Source: Candidatus Latescibacterota bacterium (GTDB taxonomy: Bacteria > Latescibacterota > UBA2968 > UBA8231). Taken from it: a stretch of DNA of 64,000 nt. Below are positions 27,080 to 37,717 of the stretch, piece by piece. Both the position numbers and the translations under genes were made by a program. The notes under the pieces were generated by a model. It worked only from the letters and a program-made list of their open reading frames with translations, made no database searches and was not told where the DNA came from. Each line of letters opens with the position of its first letter. The first letter of the stretch is position 1. The stretch covers positions 2,944,001 through 3,008,000 of the forward strand of contig CBDETY010000003.1 of NCBI GenBank assembly GCA_965243025.1. Reading direction: 5' to 3'.

Positions 27080-28993
27080 TCATTCGTTGTCCTCGGGCAC
27101 GAAGGAGCCCTCCCGATACGCGTACGCCGCATCGTCGAAGAGGTAGCGCCCGTGGAGCTCCGACCAGTGGGCGCCGCCGGCGACGATCAGACGGCCGTTG
27201 AGATCGCTCGCCGAACCCCACGACTGTTCCGTGGGCAGCGGCGGTCCGGGCCGCCATGAGCCCTCGTTCGGATCATACCGGAACGTGCGCTTGGTACCGA
27301 CGCCCCCAAGCACCCAGATTTCCCCGTCGTGAGCCGCCACCTGCGCCGCCTGGGGCATGTGCCACAGTCTGGGCAGCTCGCTCCATGACCCCGCCTTTGG
27401 ATCGTAGGAGAAAGCGGCGTCTTTCGAGATACAGTAGATGACGTCGTCGAGGACAGCGCCGGCGAACTGCCGCATCGGTTCCGGCAGAGGCGGCTCGATG
27501 CTCCACCGCGATTCGCCCGACCCGACGCTCTCGACCGAAGTCATCGGCGTCGAGTAGTCACTGGCGCCGCCGATGGCGTACACGCGGTTGCCGGCCGTCA
27601 CCGCCACCGGCTCCTGCCGCGCCTCGTTCAGGGGCGCACCGAGCCGCCACGCCCCGGTGCGCGGATCGAAAATCTGTACGGTTGCCGTCGACACCCTGGT
27701 TTCGTCGACGTTGACGGCGCCGCCGACCACCCATACGTCCCCGTCGAGCGTGGCGATGCCGTTGTAACAGAGATCCTCCTGCAGTTTTCCCGCCACCCTC
27801 CAGACCTGGGTGGCGCTGTCGTACTCCCAGAGTTCGTCGAACCAGTGGTGCCGGGCGGGGTATCCCCAACCGGCCGTCACCCCTCCGGCAGTATACAGCC
27901 GGCTATCCACCTCGACGGAGAAGATGTCGTGGTTGCTCCCCGGCAATGGGCTGAGCACCTCCCAGTGGCGCTGCCAGGCGAGCGGATGCGCCATCTTGCG
28001 GTAAAGCCTCGATCCGATGCCCAGCCAGACCTGGCCTTCGGAGTCGCTGTAGACGACGTCCGCCGGGGCCGGCAGCACCCCGTCGGTCAGGTGAACGATT
28101 TCGGCTTTGCGGATTTCGCGGGCGTAGTCGATTTCGATGACCTCGCCCGACGAAAAACAGGCGAGGGCCTTGCCGTCGGGCGAGCGGCCCAGGGAGGTGA
28201 CCGGACCAGTCGGAAGGCTGAGGGGGGCGGGAAGCTCGAGCCATCCCGCGTCTGCTTCGAGTGGGTCAAGCCGCCGCAGGCCATCCGCTCCCCCGACCCA
28301 GACGAACCCGCTGACATCGGTGACGAGGCAGGACCAGGGCCCTCCCCGGGAAGGGCCGGCATCCCGCCAATCGGCAGGCGCATCCGAGGCCCGTACAAGC
28401 ACCTGGTCTCCCGACGAGGACAGCGACCAGGAATTGCCGTGCACGTCCCTTGCCAGGGGAACCGCCCCCAGTCCGCCGGCCGCCGTCGGAGCGGGAGCGT
28501 ACGCCCCGTCTGCGCGCCTCAGGGAAGGAGCGCCCTCCACCCAAATCTCGCCCGAGCTCGAACGCACCACCCGGCAGTCTCCCGAGGCCGGAGAGCCAAA
28601 GCGGTCCGTGACCTCGGTGGGGCGAGAAGGCTCCCCTTTGTCCCCATCTCCCCCACCCACCCGGGATGCCTCTTCCGCAGAAAGGCGCATGATTCTGGCT
28701 TCTCCACCCACCCTGATCGTAAAAAACAGATACCCGTCGAGAGAAGCCGCCGCAGAGACAACTTCCCCCTGGTAGACCGGCTCGTACCCCTCGTCAGTCA
28801 CCGATGCGAGGCCGCCACCGGCTCCGCCGACTACGGCGAACAGCCCGGACCCCGAAGCTTCGAACAGCTGTCGCGCCGGTCCGGGAAACTCTGCGGTCAA
28901 AGTCATGACGGTGTCGATTTCCCCCGCCCACGACGGCTTTGCAGGGGAAAGGGCAACAAGGGTGAGAAATGACAGCAACGCCGCTTTTTTCAT
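27080..28993 (-). CDS. Secreted Kelch-repeat protein with an N-terminal beta-propeller-like region
   Basis: ATG 28993 has an RBS and signal peptide MKKAALLSFLTLVAL. Kelch motifs YTAGG, WVVGG, YAIGG, WVLGG, IVAGG with YDP..W. Confidence 0.85.
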   Translation of the reverse strand: MKKAALLSFLTLVALSPAKPSWAGEIDTVMTLTAEFPGPARQLFEASGSGLFAVVGGAGGGLASVTDEGYEPVYQGEVVSAAASLDGYLFFTIRVGGEARIMRLSAEEASRVGGGDGDKGEPSRPTEVTDRFGSPASGDCRVVRSSSGEIWVEGAPSLRRADGAYAPAPTAAGGLGAVPLARDVHGNSWSLSSSGDQVLVRASDAPADWRDAGPSRGGPWSCLVTDVSGFVWVGGADGLRRLDPLEADAGWLELPAPLSLPTGPVTSLGRSPDGKALACFSSGEVIEIDYAREIRKAEIVHLTDGVLPAPADVVYSDSEGQVWLGIGSRLYRKMAHPLAWQRHWEVLSPLPGSNHDIFSVEVDSRLYTAGGVTAGWGYPARHHWFDELWEYDSATQVWRVAGKLQEDLCYNGIATLDGDVWVVGGAVNVDETRVSTATVQIFDPRTGAWRLGAPLNEARQEPVAVTAGNRVYAIGGASDYSTPMTSVESVGSGESRWSIEPPLPEPMRQFAGAVLDDVIYCISKDAAFSYDPKAGSWSELPRLWHMPQAAQVAAHDGEIWVLGGVGTKRTFRYDPNEGSWRPGPPLPTEQSWGSASDLNGRLIVAGGAHWSELHGRYLFDDAAYAYREGSFVPEDNE

Positions 28994-29090
28994 TTGCTTA
29001 CTCTCCAAGTCGGGGGTCCCATACTGCGCTTTCGTGGTGCGGCCTTTCTCCAGTGGACAGGAGGGCGCCCGAGGGAATCGGGTGAGGCCA

Positions 29091-31505
29091 CTACCCGCCG
29101 CCAAGGGCGTACGAACGAAGTGATATCGTCCTGTACTCCTTGTCCCCTTCGACGATTTCAATCGATTGATCCATTTCCACGTCGAGAAACCTCTGCGTGA
29201 GATCGCTGGTCGGCCAGTAGACTTCAATCGAATCAATCCTTGTCGCGTTCCCAAGGCCGATATTCTGCCGAAGCGGGTTGCAACCGAAGCTTCCGCCGCT
29301 GCTGACGCGACGGTAGATCGACCGTGTCTTCCCGTTTTCCAGTATCTCCACATGGATTCTTGCCCCGATTGCCGATCGGTTGGAATTTCGGCCGACCAGC
29401 TTCAAGGTGATCCAGCGGTGACCGAAGCCGGGGTTTTCAAAGAGGGCGTCGTTGTATTTGTCGCCTGTCAGTTGTCCTCCCATCTGGACGTACACATCCT
29501 GATCCCCATCGTTGTCGATGTCGGCAAAACTGACTCCATGCCCCTTCTGCAGATGGCCGAACCCGCCTCCCATCGTGACGTTGGCAAACCTGGATCCGCC
29601 CTGGTTCAGGAACATCACGTTGGGTCGCAAAGCCCAGTAGGGAACGTCGCCCGTGGCCAGGTAAAAATCGAGATACCCGTCGCCGTTCAAATCGCCGAAG
29701 TTGGCCCCCATGGGCGCGGCTGGATAGGCGAGATTCTGCTCGCTGGCCACGTCTGCGAAACCCCCCCGGCCGTCGCCGCGCCAGAGCGCCGGAAATTCGA
29801 ACCTTCTGGTCAATGGGTTGTTTCCGCTTCCGATGCTGCCCGTGATCTGCAATATTCCCTGCGCCAGGTCGATCCGTTCGCCGACGGAGTCCAGTGAAAT
29901 CACCCCGACGTTTCCCGATGTGCTGCTGACGAACAGGTCCAACGCCCCGTCGTTGTCGAAATCCCAGAACCAGACCGGAAACGGATATTGCGGCCGGGTC
30001 TTCATGACCTTGGAGGACACGTCCGTGAAGGTCCCGTCCCGGTTGTTGTGAAACAGGGCATTCCGCGACCTTCCGGCTACGTACAGATCCGGAAAGCCAT
30101 CATTGTCGTAGTCGCCCCAGACCGTGCCCATCGCAAAAGTATGGATGTCCACTCCCGCCGGTTCGGCGACGTCGGTAAACGTTCCGTCGCCGTTGTTGCG
30201 AAACAGCTGCGAAGGCGCGCGCATTCCCTGAGGCGTCCATTGCGGACCGGTCGTTCTGGATGACTCGTTTGCCACGAACAGATCGAGGGCACCGTCGTTG
30301 TCGTAATCCGCCCAAGCGGCCGTCTTGACAGGGTAGTGAACCTCACCGAGGCCGGCGTCGAAAGTCACGTCGGTAAAGGTCCCGTTTCCATTGTTTCGGA
30401 GCAGCGAGTTGGGGTGCCGGCCCATCTTTCCGTGCCAGGCCCCGCGCACGATGAAGACGTCGAGGTTCCCATCGTTGTCGTAGTCCGCCTGGACCATGTT
30501 GAGGCCGCCGTAGATGCCGGCCAGCCCCGCGGCCCGGGTGCGTTCGCGGAAGGTGCCGTCCCGGTTGTTGAGGAAAAAGCGGGTTTGCCCCGTCGGGGCG
30601 GAAGAGGTGACGAATACATCGAGGTAGTCGTCGTTGTCGAAGTCATCCACGATTGCACCGCCGGCGTGGTTGTATGTGTTCATCGCCAGTTTGGGAGCGA
30701 CGTTCTCAAACCGGGGGAATTCGACCTCGGACTGAAAAAACCCGGGTGGGATCAGGTACTGTTCCGGTACCCGATGGGGGTACTCCCCAAGCGTCATATA
30801 AGCGATGTTGAGCAGCCACTGGGCCGCCGCGTGCCATTTGCCCCCTTTGCGTTGCCGCGCGGAGATGGCGTCGGCTTCCAGCATCTCCGTGAAGTATCTG
30901 ATTGCGTAGCGCGATCCTTTTTCAAGGCTGTGCAGTCCGCCCCCCTGAATCGGCAGGATACAGCTGTCGCCGCTGTGACGCAGACAGCAGTTTTCGGTTT
31001 CCCCCAAGCGCAGATAGGCAAGCCCCAGGGAGAACTTTATGCCGTTGAACGCCTGAATCTTCATATCGGGATCGGGGAAGATCACCCGGGGAAGCAATTC
31101 GTTCGCCTCCGTCAGGTATTCGATCGCCAGGTGCGGGAATTCTTCGAAGTCCAACGAAGTCAGTCCAGCAAGATTCAAAGCGACCAGTCGTTCAAGCTTG
31201 TCCGCATCGGGACCGAGCGCTTCCAGGGCCTGACGCCGGTGAAGGTGTGCCTTGCGACCGAAGTACTGATACTCGTCGGAGGCGCGATTCTTGATATCCT
31301 CCAGAACCGCAAGCATTTTCCGGTGGCCCGCGGGGAATTCGACGGAAACCCTGGTTTCTCCAGTTGGATTTTCCTTGTCCGTAATCGAGTCGCGACCCGG
31401 CTGAGGCAGGGCCTGGCTGTTTTCGCAACTGGAAAGAACGAGAATCAGGCAAGCGGAAAAGACGCAACCCGGACGATTCAACACGTGGGCAAACCTGGTT
31501 TCCAT
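29091..31505 (-). CDS. CRTAC1-like FG-GAP/ASPIC-UnbV protein, probable lipoprotein
   Basis: LSSC lipobox-like motif, RLGETENC..SCILPI, FG-GAP repeats, NRSAIGARI. Paralogue of 24593. Confidence 0.88.
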   Translation of the reverse strand: METRFAHVLNRPGCVFSACLILVLSSCENSQALPQPGRDSITDKENPTGETRVSVEFPAGHRKMLAVLEDIKNRASDEYQYFGRKAHLHRRQALEALGPDADKLERLVALNLAGLTSLDFEEFPHLAIEYLTEANELLPRVIFPDPDMKIQAFNGIKFSLGLAYLRLGETENCCLRHSGDSCILPIQGGGLHSLEKGSRYAIRYFTEMLEADAISARQRKGGKWHAAAQWLLNIAYMTLGEYPHRVPEQYLIPPGFFQSEVEFPRFENVAPKLAMNTYNHAGGAIVDDFDNDDYLDVFVTSSAPTGQTRFFLNNRDGTFRERTRAAGLAGIYGGLNMVQADYDNDGNLDVFIVRGAWHGKMGRHPNSLLRNNGNGTFTDVTFDAGLGEVHYPVKTAAWADYDNDGALDLFVANESSRTTGPQWTPQGMRAPSQLFRNNGDGTFTDVAEPAGVDIHTFAMGTVWGDYDNDGFPDLYVAGRSRNALFHNNRDGTFTDVSSKVMKTRPQYPFPVWFWDFDNDGALDLFVSSTSGNVGVISLDSVGERIDLAQGILQITGSIGSGNNPLTRRFEFPALWRGDGRGGFADVASEQNLAYPAAPMGANFGDLNGDGYLDFYLATGDVPYWALRPNVMFLNQGGSRFANVTMGGGFGHLQKGHGVSFADIDNDGDQDVYVQMGGQLTGDKYNDALFENPGFGHRWITLKLVGRNSNRSAIGARIHVEILENGKTRSIYRRVSSGGSFGCNPLRQNIGLGNATRIDSIEVYWPTSDLTQRFLDVEMDQSIEIVEGDKEYRTISLRSYALGGG

Positions 31506-31754
31506 CGGGATGCAGTGTACCGTCGAATTTCCGTGGACCGGATCCGCGGCGCATCGGCAGGCAGGGAATGTTATCGGCCCATTCGAGGACCTGCAGATCC
31601 TTCACCCGGCGGCGCGGCGGACAGGGGAGGATTCGATGCGATGCGTCCTCCGCGGCAGCCGATGTCGCGGCTGAAACGGGTCGGGGGCCGCGGGGGGGCG
31701 ATAGTACTGACAAGGAGGGGCTGCGACAAGCGGTCTCCGGCGGAAGCTGCGAAA

Positions 31755-32963
31755 ATGGATGCAGATCCACAGGAACTGCTCGAGCAGGGCTTCGTCATCC
31801 TGCGCCGAGCCGTCCCCGGCGGCGAGCTCGCGCGCATGCGCGAGAGCTGCGAGCGGCTGCTCGACCGCCAGAAGGAGACCTGGAGGCGGGAGCGCCAACC
31901 GGGAGACCCTCCCGGCGGGGAGTGGGAGCTCGCCGGGCAGCCCCGCGTCTCCATCGACAAGGTCGTCGACGAGTCGACCGCCCACGTCGTCGACTTCTGT
32001 CTCGGCGAGACCACCATGGGCGTCAGCAGGCGGCTCATGGGGGCGCCGGTCGCCTGCCCGGGGATGCTCGCCATGCTCTGCAGCCCCCCGGTCGGGATGG
32101 GACGCACCCGCTGGCACCGCGACATCACCCCTCCCAGCCTGGCGCCGCTGTGCGGCCTGCAGCAGGACATGCTCGCCAACGGCCCCGCCCTCCTGCAGTG
32201 GAACGTCGCCCTCTACGACGACGACGTGCTGTGGGTGGTGCCCGGCAGCCACCGGCGCCGCAACACCGGGGCGGAGAACGCGCAGTGGCGTTTCGACGCC
32301 TGGGCGCCGATGCCGGGAAGCATCCCGGTCGAGCTCGAGGCCGGCGACGGCGTCGCCTACAGCAACATGATCCTGCACTGGGGCAGCAACTACACAGCCC
32401 GGCTGCGCCGCACCCTCCACCTCGGGTACCGCTGCTTCGCAAGCCGCATCTTCCCCTACTACGCCGGGCACGGCTGGGACCTCGAGTTCGCCGACCGGCT
32501 CTCCCCGGAGTCGCGGAAGCAGTTCGAGCTCTTCGATGAGTTGTACACCGCGGAGATCGACCTCATTTGCGGGATCTTCCGGGCGATGATCGGCCGGGAT
32601 GCCGGGGCTTTCCGCGGCGGCCTGGCGCGGCTCCACCCCGGAGAGCAGGGGCGCATGGTCGCCCTGACGCTGCTGTCCAAGGCGGCGAAGGCGCTGCCGG
32701 CGTACTGCGATCCGGGGGCCAGCGAGGAGGAGCGGCGCGCCGCCGCGGGGGCGTTCTACGTCAACCTGATGGAACCGCTGCGCGACCGCTTCACCGCGGA
32801 GGAGGCCGGACAGCTGTGGCAGCTCTTCGAGCCTCTCGACGCCAGGCTGCGGGCCGAGGACGAACAGTTCGAGCCGATGATGCACGTCACCAGCACGCGC
32901 TACCGTTTCTACGACATGCCGGAGGACTTCGAGGTCGACGACTTCACCGCCAGCTGGGGCTGA
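31755..32963 (+). CDS. Phytanoyl-CoA dioxygenase (PhyH) family protein with a C-terminal extension
   Basis: MDADPQELLEQGFV, WHRD, VPGSH, LEAGD, distal LHWG. Confidence 0.85.
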   Translation: MDADPQELLEQGFVILRRAVPGGELARMRESCERLLDRQKETWRRERQPGDPPGGEWELAGQPRVSIDKVVDESTAHVVDFCLGETTMGVSRRLMGAPVACPGMLAMLCSPPVGMGRTRWHRDITPPSLAPLCGLQQDMLANGPALLQWNVALYDDDVLWVVPGSHRRRNTGAENAQWRFDAWAPMPGSIPVELEAGDGVAYSNMILHWGSNYTARLRRTLHLGYRCFASRIFPYYAGHGWDLEFADRLSPESRKQFELFDELYTAEIDLICGIFRAMIGRDAGAFRGGLARLHPGEQGRMVALTLLSKAAKALPAYCDPGASEEERRAAAGAFYVNLMEPLRDRFTAEEAGQLWQLFEPLDARLRAEDEQFEPMMHVTSTRYRFYDMPEDFEVDDFTASWG

Positions 32964-33147
32964 CCGCAATGGCAGCCCGTTGATAAAGTTGCTGCAGGCG
33001 AGGCCGATCCATGACGGCCCGAGACAGGGCGCGCAACCGAGTCGGATCGCAGAGGATTCGGGGGGAGCGCAACGCCCTCTGCGGCACCCAGGGCCGGCCG
33101 CATCTGCTGGAAGGTGGGGGGCCCAGCCCACCCGCAGGAGGAGACCG

Positions 33148-34668
33148 ATGCTGTACAGACCGTCACAGGGAATCTTCAAGGACAACTGCGTCTTCTTCCA
33201 CGAAGGCCGCTACTACCTGTTCAGCATGTACAGCGCGCTGGACGGCAATCACGACGACAGGAACGGCTACAACCACGTCTGGCAGGCGGTCTCGGAGGAC
33301 GGGGTCCGCTGGCGGGACGCGGGCCCCGTCATCTCCGCGCCGTTCCTCGTCTGGGCAATGGGGGTATGGCAGGCCGGCGACAGGTTCTACCTGAACCACG
33401 GCAGCTTCACCGGGACGGGTACCCAGAACGTCCTGCGATTCTGGGAATCCGCCGACCTCCGGAACTGGACCTACATGGGGGAAGAGGCGGACCTGAATCC
33501 GGATCCCCGCTGGTACGACCCCGACAGCCGTTTCGACTGCATGGACGTGATCTCCACGGAGGAGGGCGGACGCAGGAGCTACCACGGGATCGCCTCAGGC
33601 CCGGGGGGCTGGCTGCGGTCGGACGACGGCGTGCACTGGGAGGGCAGGCCCCCTTCGAGGTTCGAGTTCGGAAGCCTGCAACCCGCCGGCGACTACCCGT
33701 TCGAGATAGCGGGATGGCTCCCGATCGACGGCAAAGTCTACCTGCTGGGGAGCCGCCCCGGGTACGCCGGCAACCGCGGCTACTGCGTCTTCACCCTGAC
33801 CGGAGACTCCGTCTACGGCCCGTTCCGGCCGGATGCCGGCGCCTACCGCCTGAGCGGCCACTCCGGCCGGTCCGTCCATCTCTGGGCGAGACCCTGCCGG
33901 ACCGGGCGGGAGCTCCTAGCCAGCAGCTACATGTACGACGGCTGGGGGTACCGCATGGGGGACGTCTGGCTGCCCCCCCTCAAGCGCTTCTCCACAGACG
34001 GCGACGGCCACCTCAGGCTCGCGTACTGGCGGCAGAACGAGGCGCTGAAGGGGAAGCGCCTCGACGCAGGCGTCACCCGCCTGCGGGAGTATCCGGGGCC
34101 GGGGCAGTCCCCGGCGGGCTCGGTCGACGTGGACGTCTCAGGCTCCCGGCTGGAAGCGACAGTCGGCCCCGAGCACAGGTGGATCGATCCCCACCGGCCG
34201 CCGCTGGCGGTGTTCCTGCTGCCGGAGGAGCTCCCGAGCGAAAGCGGAATCGTCCTCGAGGCGAAGGTGAGCATTACCTGTGAGAGCAAGCTCGGGACCA
34301 CGTCGGCGGTCGGGCTGTTTCTCGAGGAGGCACCGCACCTCGGGACGGCGGTCCTCTGGGAATCGTGCGGCCTCACCCGAACCGGGCAGCTCAACCTGAA
34401 CGGCGCGGAGGCGGAATTCACCGAGGAGGATCTCATCGGTCCCGGATGCGCTCCCCCCGGGCTCCAGCTCGACAAGACTCACCGGCTGCGCCTCCTGCTG
34501 CGCCGGAACATGTTCGAGATCTACCTCGACGACCTCTACGTGCAGACGTTCAACACGTCGCGGATCCCGGGACAGACCGGGGCCGTTCCGCGCCGCGTGG
34601 GGTTGGTCGTGCAGAACGGGCAGGCGGTGATCGAAGGGCTGGCTGCGTGGGAGATGACCCTGGACTGA
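33148..34668 (+). CDS. GH32-like glycoside hydrolase (5-bladed propeller plus beta-sandwich)
   Basis: GGAGGAG RBS, then ATG 33148. YYLF, SEDGVRW, SADLRNW, C-terminal FEIYLDD. Confidence 0.7.
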   Translation: MLYRPSQGIFKDNCVFFHEGRYYLFSMYSALDGNHDDRNGYNHVWQAVSEDGVRWRDAGPVISAPFLVWAMGVWQAGDRFYLNHGSFTGTGTQNVLRFWESADLRNWTYMGEEADLNPDPRWYDPDSRFDCMDVISTEEGGRRSYHGIASGPGGWLRSDDGVHWEGRPPSRFEFGSLQPAGDYPFEIAGWLPIDGKVYLLGSRPGYAGNRGYCVFTLTGDSVYGPFRPDAGAYRLSGHSGRSVHLWARPCRTGRELLASSYMYDGWGYRMGDVWLPPLKRFSTDGDGHLRLAYWRQNEALKGKRLDAGVTRLREYPGPGQSPAGSVDVDVSGSRLEATVGPEHRWIDPHRPPLAVFLLPEELPSESGIVLEAKVSITCESKLGTTSAVGLFLEEAPHLGTAVLWESCGLTRTGQLNLNGAEAEFTEEDLIGPGCAPPGLQLDKTHRLRLLLRRNMFEIYLDDLYVQTFNTSRIPGQTGAVPRRVGLVVQNGQAVIEGLAAWEMTLD

Positions 34669-34693
34669 GGCGGAGCTTCAAATCCCGCCGGGG

Positions 34694-36577
34694 TCAATCC
34701 CGCGGCTGCAGGCGCACCGGCAGCTCGACGAAGCTGGCCGCCCCGCGGCCGTGGTGGACGGCGTGGGTCGCCTTGCGGAAGTCCTCCGGCCGGGCCCAGG
34801 CGATCTCCTCGACGAAGGTCTGCGGGTTGCGGTCGTAGACCGGGAACCACGAGCTCTGCACCTGCACGAGGATGCGGTGCCCGGGCAGGAAGGTGTGGTT
34901 GACGTGGGGCATGGTTATGCGGTAGGGCAGCGCCTGCCCGGGCGGGACCGGCTCCGCCTGCTCGAAGCTCTCGCGGTAGCGGCCGCGCAGGATGTCGCCG
35001 GAGGTCATCAGCTGGTAGCCCCCCATTTCCGGCTCCGCCGGGACCTCCTCGGGGTAGAGGTCGATGAGCTTGACGACCCAGTCGGCATCGGTGCCGGTGG
35101 TCGAGGCGTAGAGCGTCGCCGACGGCCCGCCGCACAGGGTCAGGGGTTCCCGCAGGCGCTCGCCGACGAAGACGAGCACGTCGGTGCGGTCGGAGAAGGG
35201 CCGCTGATCGTCGACCAGCCACCGCGACCAGGTCGACTCCCCGCCGAAGGCAGGCGGGATCGGACGCACCCGGTAGGGCACCGGCTTGGCCGGGTCCGAG
35301 ACGTACTCGGTGCGGCTGTCCCCTGCCCGGGGGGGCCGGAAGGAGAGTCCCCCCTCCGGCTGCAGGTAGAGCCTCCGGGATTCCGTCTCCTCCACCGGCG
35401 GCCAGCTCGAGTACTGCCGCCAGCGGTTGGCGCCGGTCTCGAAGGCGAGCACCGGCGGCAGCGGCCCCGCCTGCCTCTTCCTCTTGAGGTGGCGGTCCCA
35501 GAAGGGCTTGAGCATCTCGCGGCGGAAGCGCAGGGAGGTGTCCTCCCCCCACTTCAGGCTTCCCAGCTCCGAGCCTTCCCCGCTCGTCTGTCCGTGGGAC
35601 CACGGCCCGATGGCCAGGTGGGTGCGCGTTCCCCTCCGGTCGTTGCGGGCCATGGCCTCATGGCTGAGGATCGGGCCGTACAGGTCCTCGGCGTCGAACA
35701 GGCTGTGCACGGTGAGCACGGGAACGCGCCGCGGCGCCCGGGCGAGCTGCTCCTGCAGGGCCTGGTCCTTCCAGTAGTCGTCGTAGGCCGGGTGGGCCAG
35801 GAGGCGCTTCCAGGCCGGCAGCCGGTCGGCCCCGTAGCGGCGGCCCAGCTCGCCGATGGAGCCGGCCTCGAGCACCGCCTGGTAGTTGTCGCGGTAGCCC
35901 CACGGGATGGATTTGCCGGCCTTCCGGGTCGAGGTCTGCCGGTAGACGTACTGCAGCATGACGGTGCGGAAGGCCCCGTGCCGGTAGAAGTCGTCCCCGA
36001 GCCAGGAGTCGACCATGGCGTTTACCGGGACCGCGGCCTTCAGCGCCGGGTGCGGGTCGAGGAGCGCCATCAGGGTCAGCAGGCCGTCGTAGGAGGCGCC
36101 GGTGATGCCGACGCGGCCGTTGTTCCCCTCGACGTTCTCCACCAGCCACTCGACCGTGTCCCAGGCGTCGGTGACCTGGTCGACGCCGCTTTCGTTGAAA
36201 GGCCCGCGCAGGGGCATGGTCATGGTGTACCGGCCCCTGGAGCCGAAGCGGCCGCGCACGTCCTGGTAGACGCGGATGTAGCCGTCGCGCACGAGGGCCT
36301 CGTCGGCGGCGGGCAGGACCATGGCGATGTCGGGGCTGTCGTTGCGCGAGGCGCGGTTCCCGGCGTTGTAGGGAGTCCGCGTCAGCACGATCGGCATCTT
36401 CCCCGCGGCCCCGTCCGGGATCAGGATCAGCGTGAACAGCTTGACGCCGTCGCGCATCGGCACCATCGACTCGATGCGCCTGTAGTTGAAGTCCGCGGTC
36501 CTCGTCTCGAAGGTGCGGGGAACGTCTCCCCCGCCGGTCACGTCCCGCGACCGGGACCTGCTCTTGCGTCTGGCCAT
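34694..36577 (-). CDS. CocE/NonD family hydrolase (alpha-amino acid ester hydrolase-like)
   Basis: PMRDGVKL, LTRTPY, QDVRGRFGS, GASYDG nucleophile, GPWSHG, QSSWFP..DRNPQ. Confidence 0.92.
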   Translation of the reverse strand: MARRKSRSRSRDVTGGGDVPRTFETRTADFNYRRIESMVPMRDGVKLFTLILIPDGAAGKMPIVLTRTPYNAGNRASRNDSPDIAMVLPAADEALVRDGYIRVYQDVRGRFGSRGRYTMTMPLRGPFNESGVDQVTDAWDTVEWLVENVEGNNGRVGITGASYDGLLTLMALLDPHPALKAAVPVNAMVDSWLGDDFYRHGAFRTVMLQYVYRQTSTRKAGKSIPWGYRDNYQAVLEAGSIGELGRRYGADRLPAWKRLLAHPAYDDYWKDQALQEQLARAPRRVPVLTVHSLFDAEDLYGPILSHEAMARNDRRGTRTHLAIGPWSHGQTSGEGSELGSLKWGEDTSLRFRREMLKPFWDRHLKRKRQAGPLPPVLAFETGANRWRQYSSWPPVEETESRRLYLQPEGGLSFRPPRAGDSRTEYVSDPAKPVPYRVRPIPPAFGGESTWSRWLVDDQRPFSDRTDVLVFVGERLREPLTLCGGPSATLYASTTGTDADWVVKLIDLYPEEVPAEPEMGGYQLMTSGDILRGRYRESFEQAEPVPPGQALPYRITMPHVNHTFLPGHRILVQVQSSWFPVYDRNPQTFVEEIAWARPEDFRKATHAVHHGRGAASFVELPVRLQPRD

Positions 36578-36818
36578 GCTGTATCCTGGGCGTTTTCGGA
36601 AAGGGTTGTATCCGTGCTCTTCCGGTTGAAAGATACGGGGGGAACGGTCCGGTTCCTCGCCCGAGCCTTATTTTGCAGGGAGATCCCGGTGCCGCCGAAT
36701 CCCTTTGCCGGATCACAGCCATCATCAGGCCTGACGCTGGCACTGGTGAACCGGGCACGTTTTCGAGTTCAGGAACGGTCTACGCCCTCCCCGGGTGTCG
36801 TGAACCACGGGACGAAAA

Positions 36819-37595
36819 TTGAGCGAATCCGTAAAACAGTTCTACGACGATCTCGCTGCCGAATACCATTGCGTGTATGCGGACTGGGAATCGGCAATCG
36901 AACGGCAGTCGTCGGCGCTGGACCGGCTGATCGGACGCGGGTCTTCCGCGAGTGAACCGGTTGTCCTGGACTGTTCGTGCGGAACAGGAACCCAGGCGAT
37001 CGTCCTGGCGCAGCGGGGGTACGAAGTGTTCGGATCCGACCTCAGTCCCAAGGCGGTCGCGAGGGCGGAGTCGGAAGCGGCAGGGCGGGACCTGAACATC
37101 CGCTTCGCCGTTGCCGATGTTCGCGAGTCGGAAGGGGCCTTCGGCCGGGATTTCGATGTGGTGATCAGCTGTGACAATTCCCTGCCGCATCTGCTGACTG
37201 ACGAAGACCTGACCCTCGCTCTCCGGAACATCCGGAACCTCCTGACTGACAACGGCCTTTTCATTGCCAGCATCCGCGATTACGACCGGTTGCTCCTCGA
37301 AAAGCCGTCGTCCGTCGCTCCGATTCTCAGCGGCGCACCAGGTGAGGAAACAATAACCTTTCAGATCTGGGACTGGTCCGAGGATGCGGACACCTATCTA
37401 CTGCGGTTTTTCATAGTCGATCAGCAATCGGGTGGATGGAGGGTGAAGGAGATCAGGACCCGTTACCGGGCAGTAAGGCGGCAGGAGCTTGCTTCGGCCC
37501 TTGAGAGGGTCGGATTTTCTGGAATCTCGTGGCATGCACCCGAACAATCCGGGTATCATCAACCAATCGTGACGGCGCGGTCCCGGCGTCCGTGA
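36819..37595 (+). CDS. Class I SAM-dependent methyltransferase
   Basis: VLDCSCGTG motif I, FDVVISCDNSLPH. Confidence 0.88.
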   Translation: MSESVKQFYDDLAAEYHCVYADWESAIERQSSALDRLIGRGSSASEPVVLDCSCGTGTQAIVLAQRGYEVFGSDLSPKAVARAESEAAGRDLNIRFAVADVRESEGAFGRDFDVVISCDNSLPHLLTDEDLTLALRNIRNLLTDNGLFIASIRDYDRLLLEKPSSVAPILSGAPGEETITFQIWDWSEDADTYLLRFFIVDQQSGGWRVKEIRTRYRAVRRQELASALERVGFSGISWHAPEQSGYHQPIVTARSRRP

Positions 37596-37717
37596 CGCCC
37601 ATGACTGACACCGAAGTCCCGAACCATCGGGATTCTTTCGCGGACCGCACTGCTACCACCCTCGAAATCTGTTGAACAACCCTGCATCACCGGCACTCCG
37701 GCCCTGATGGAGACAAG

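Noticed and set aside
30336-31754. 875-aa ORF 30336..32963 as a long PhyH fusion
   Set aside because: The upstream part is antisense to the ASPIC/UnbV gene; PhyH similarity starts at 31755
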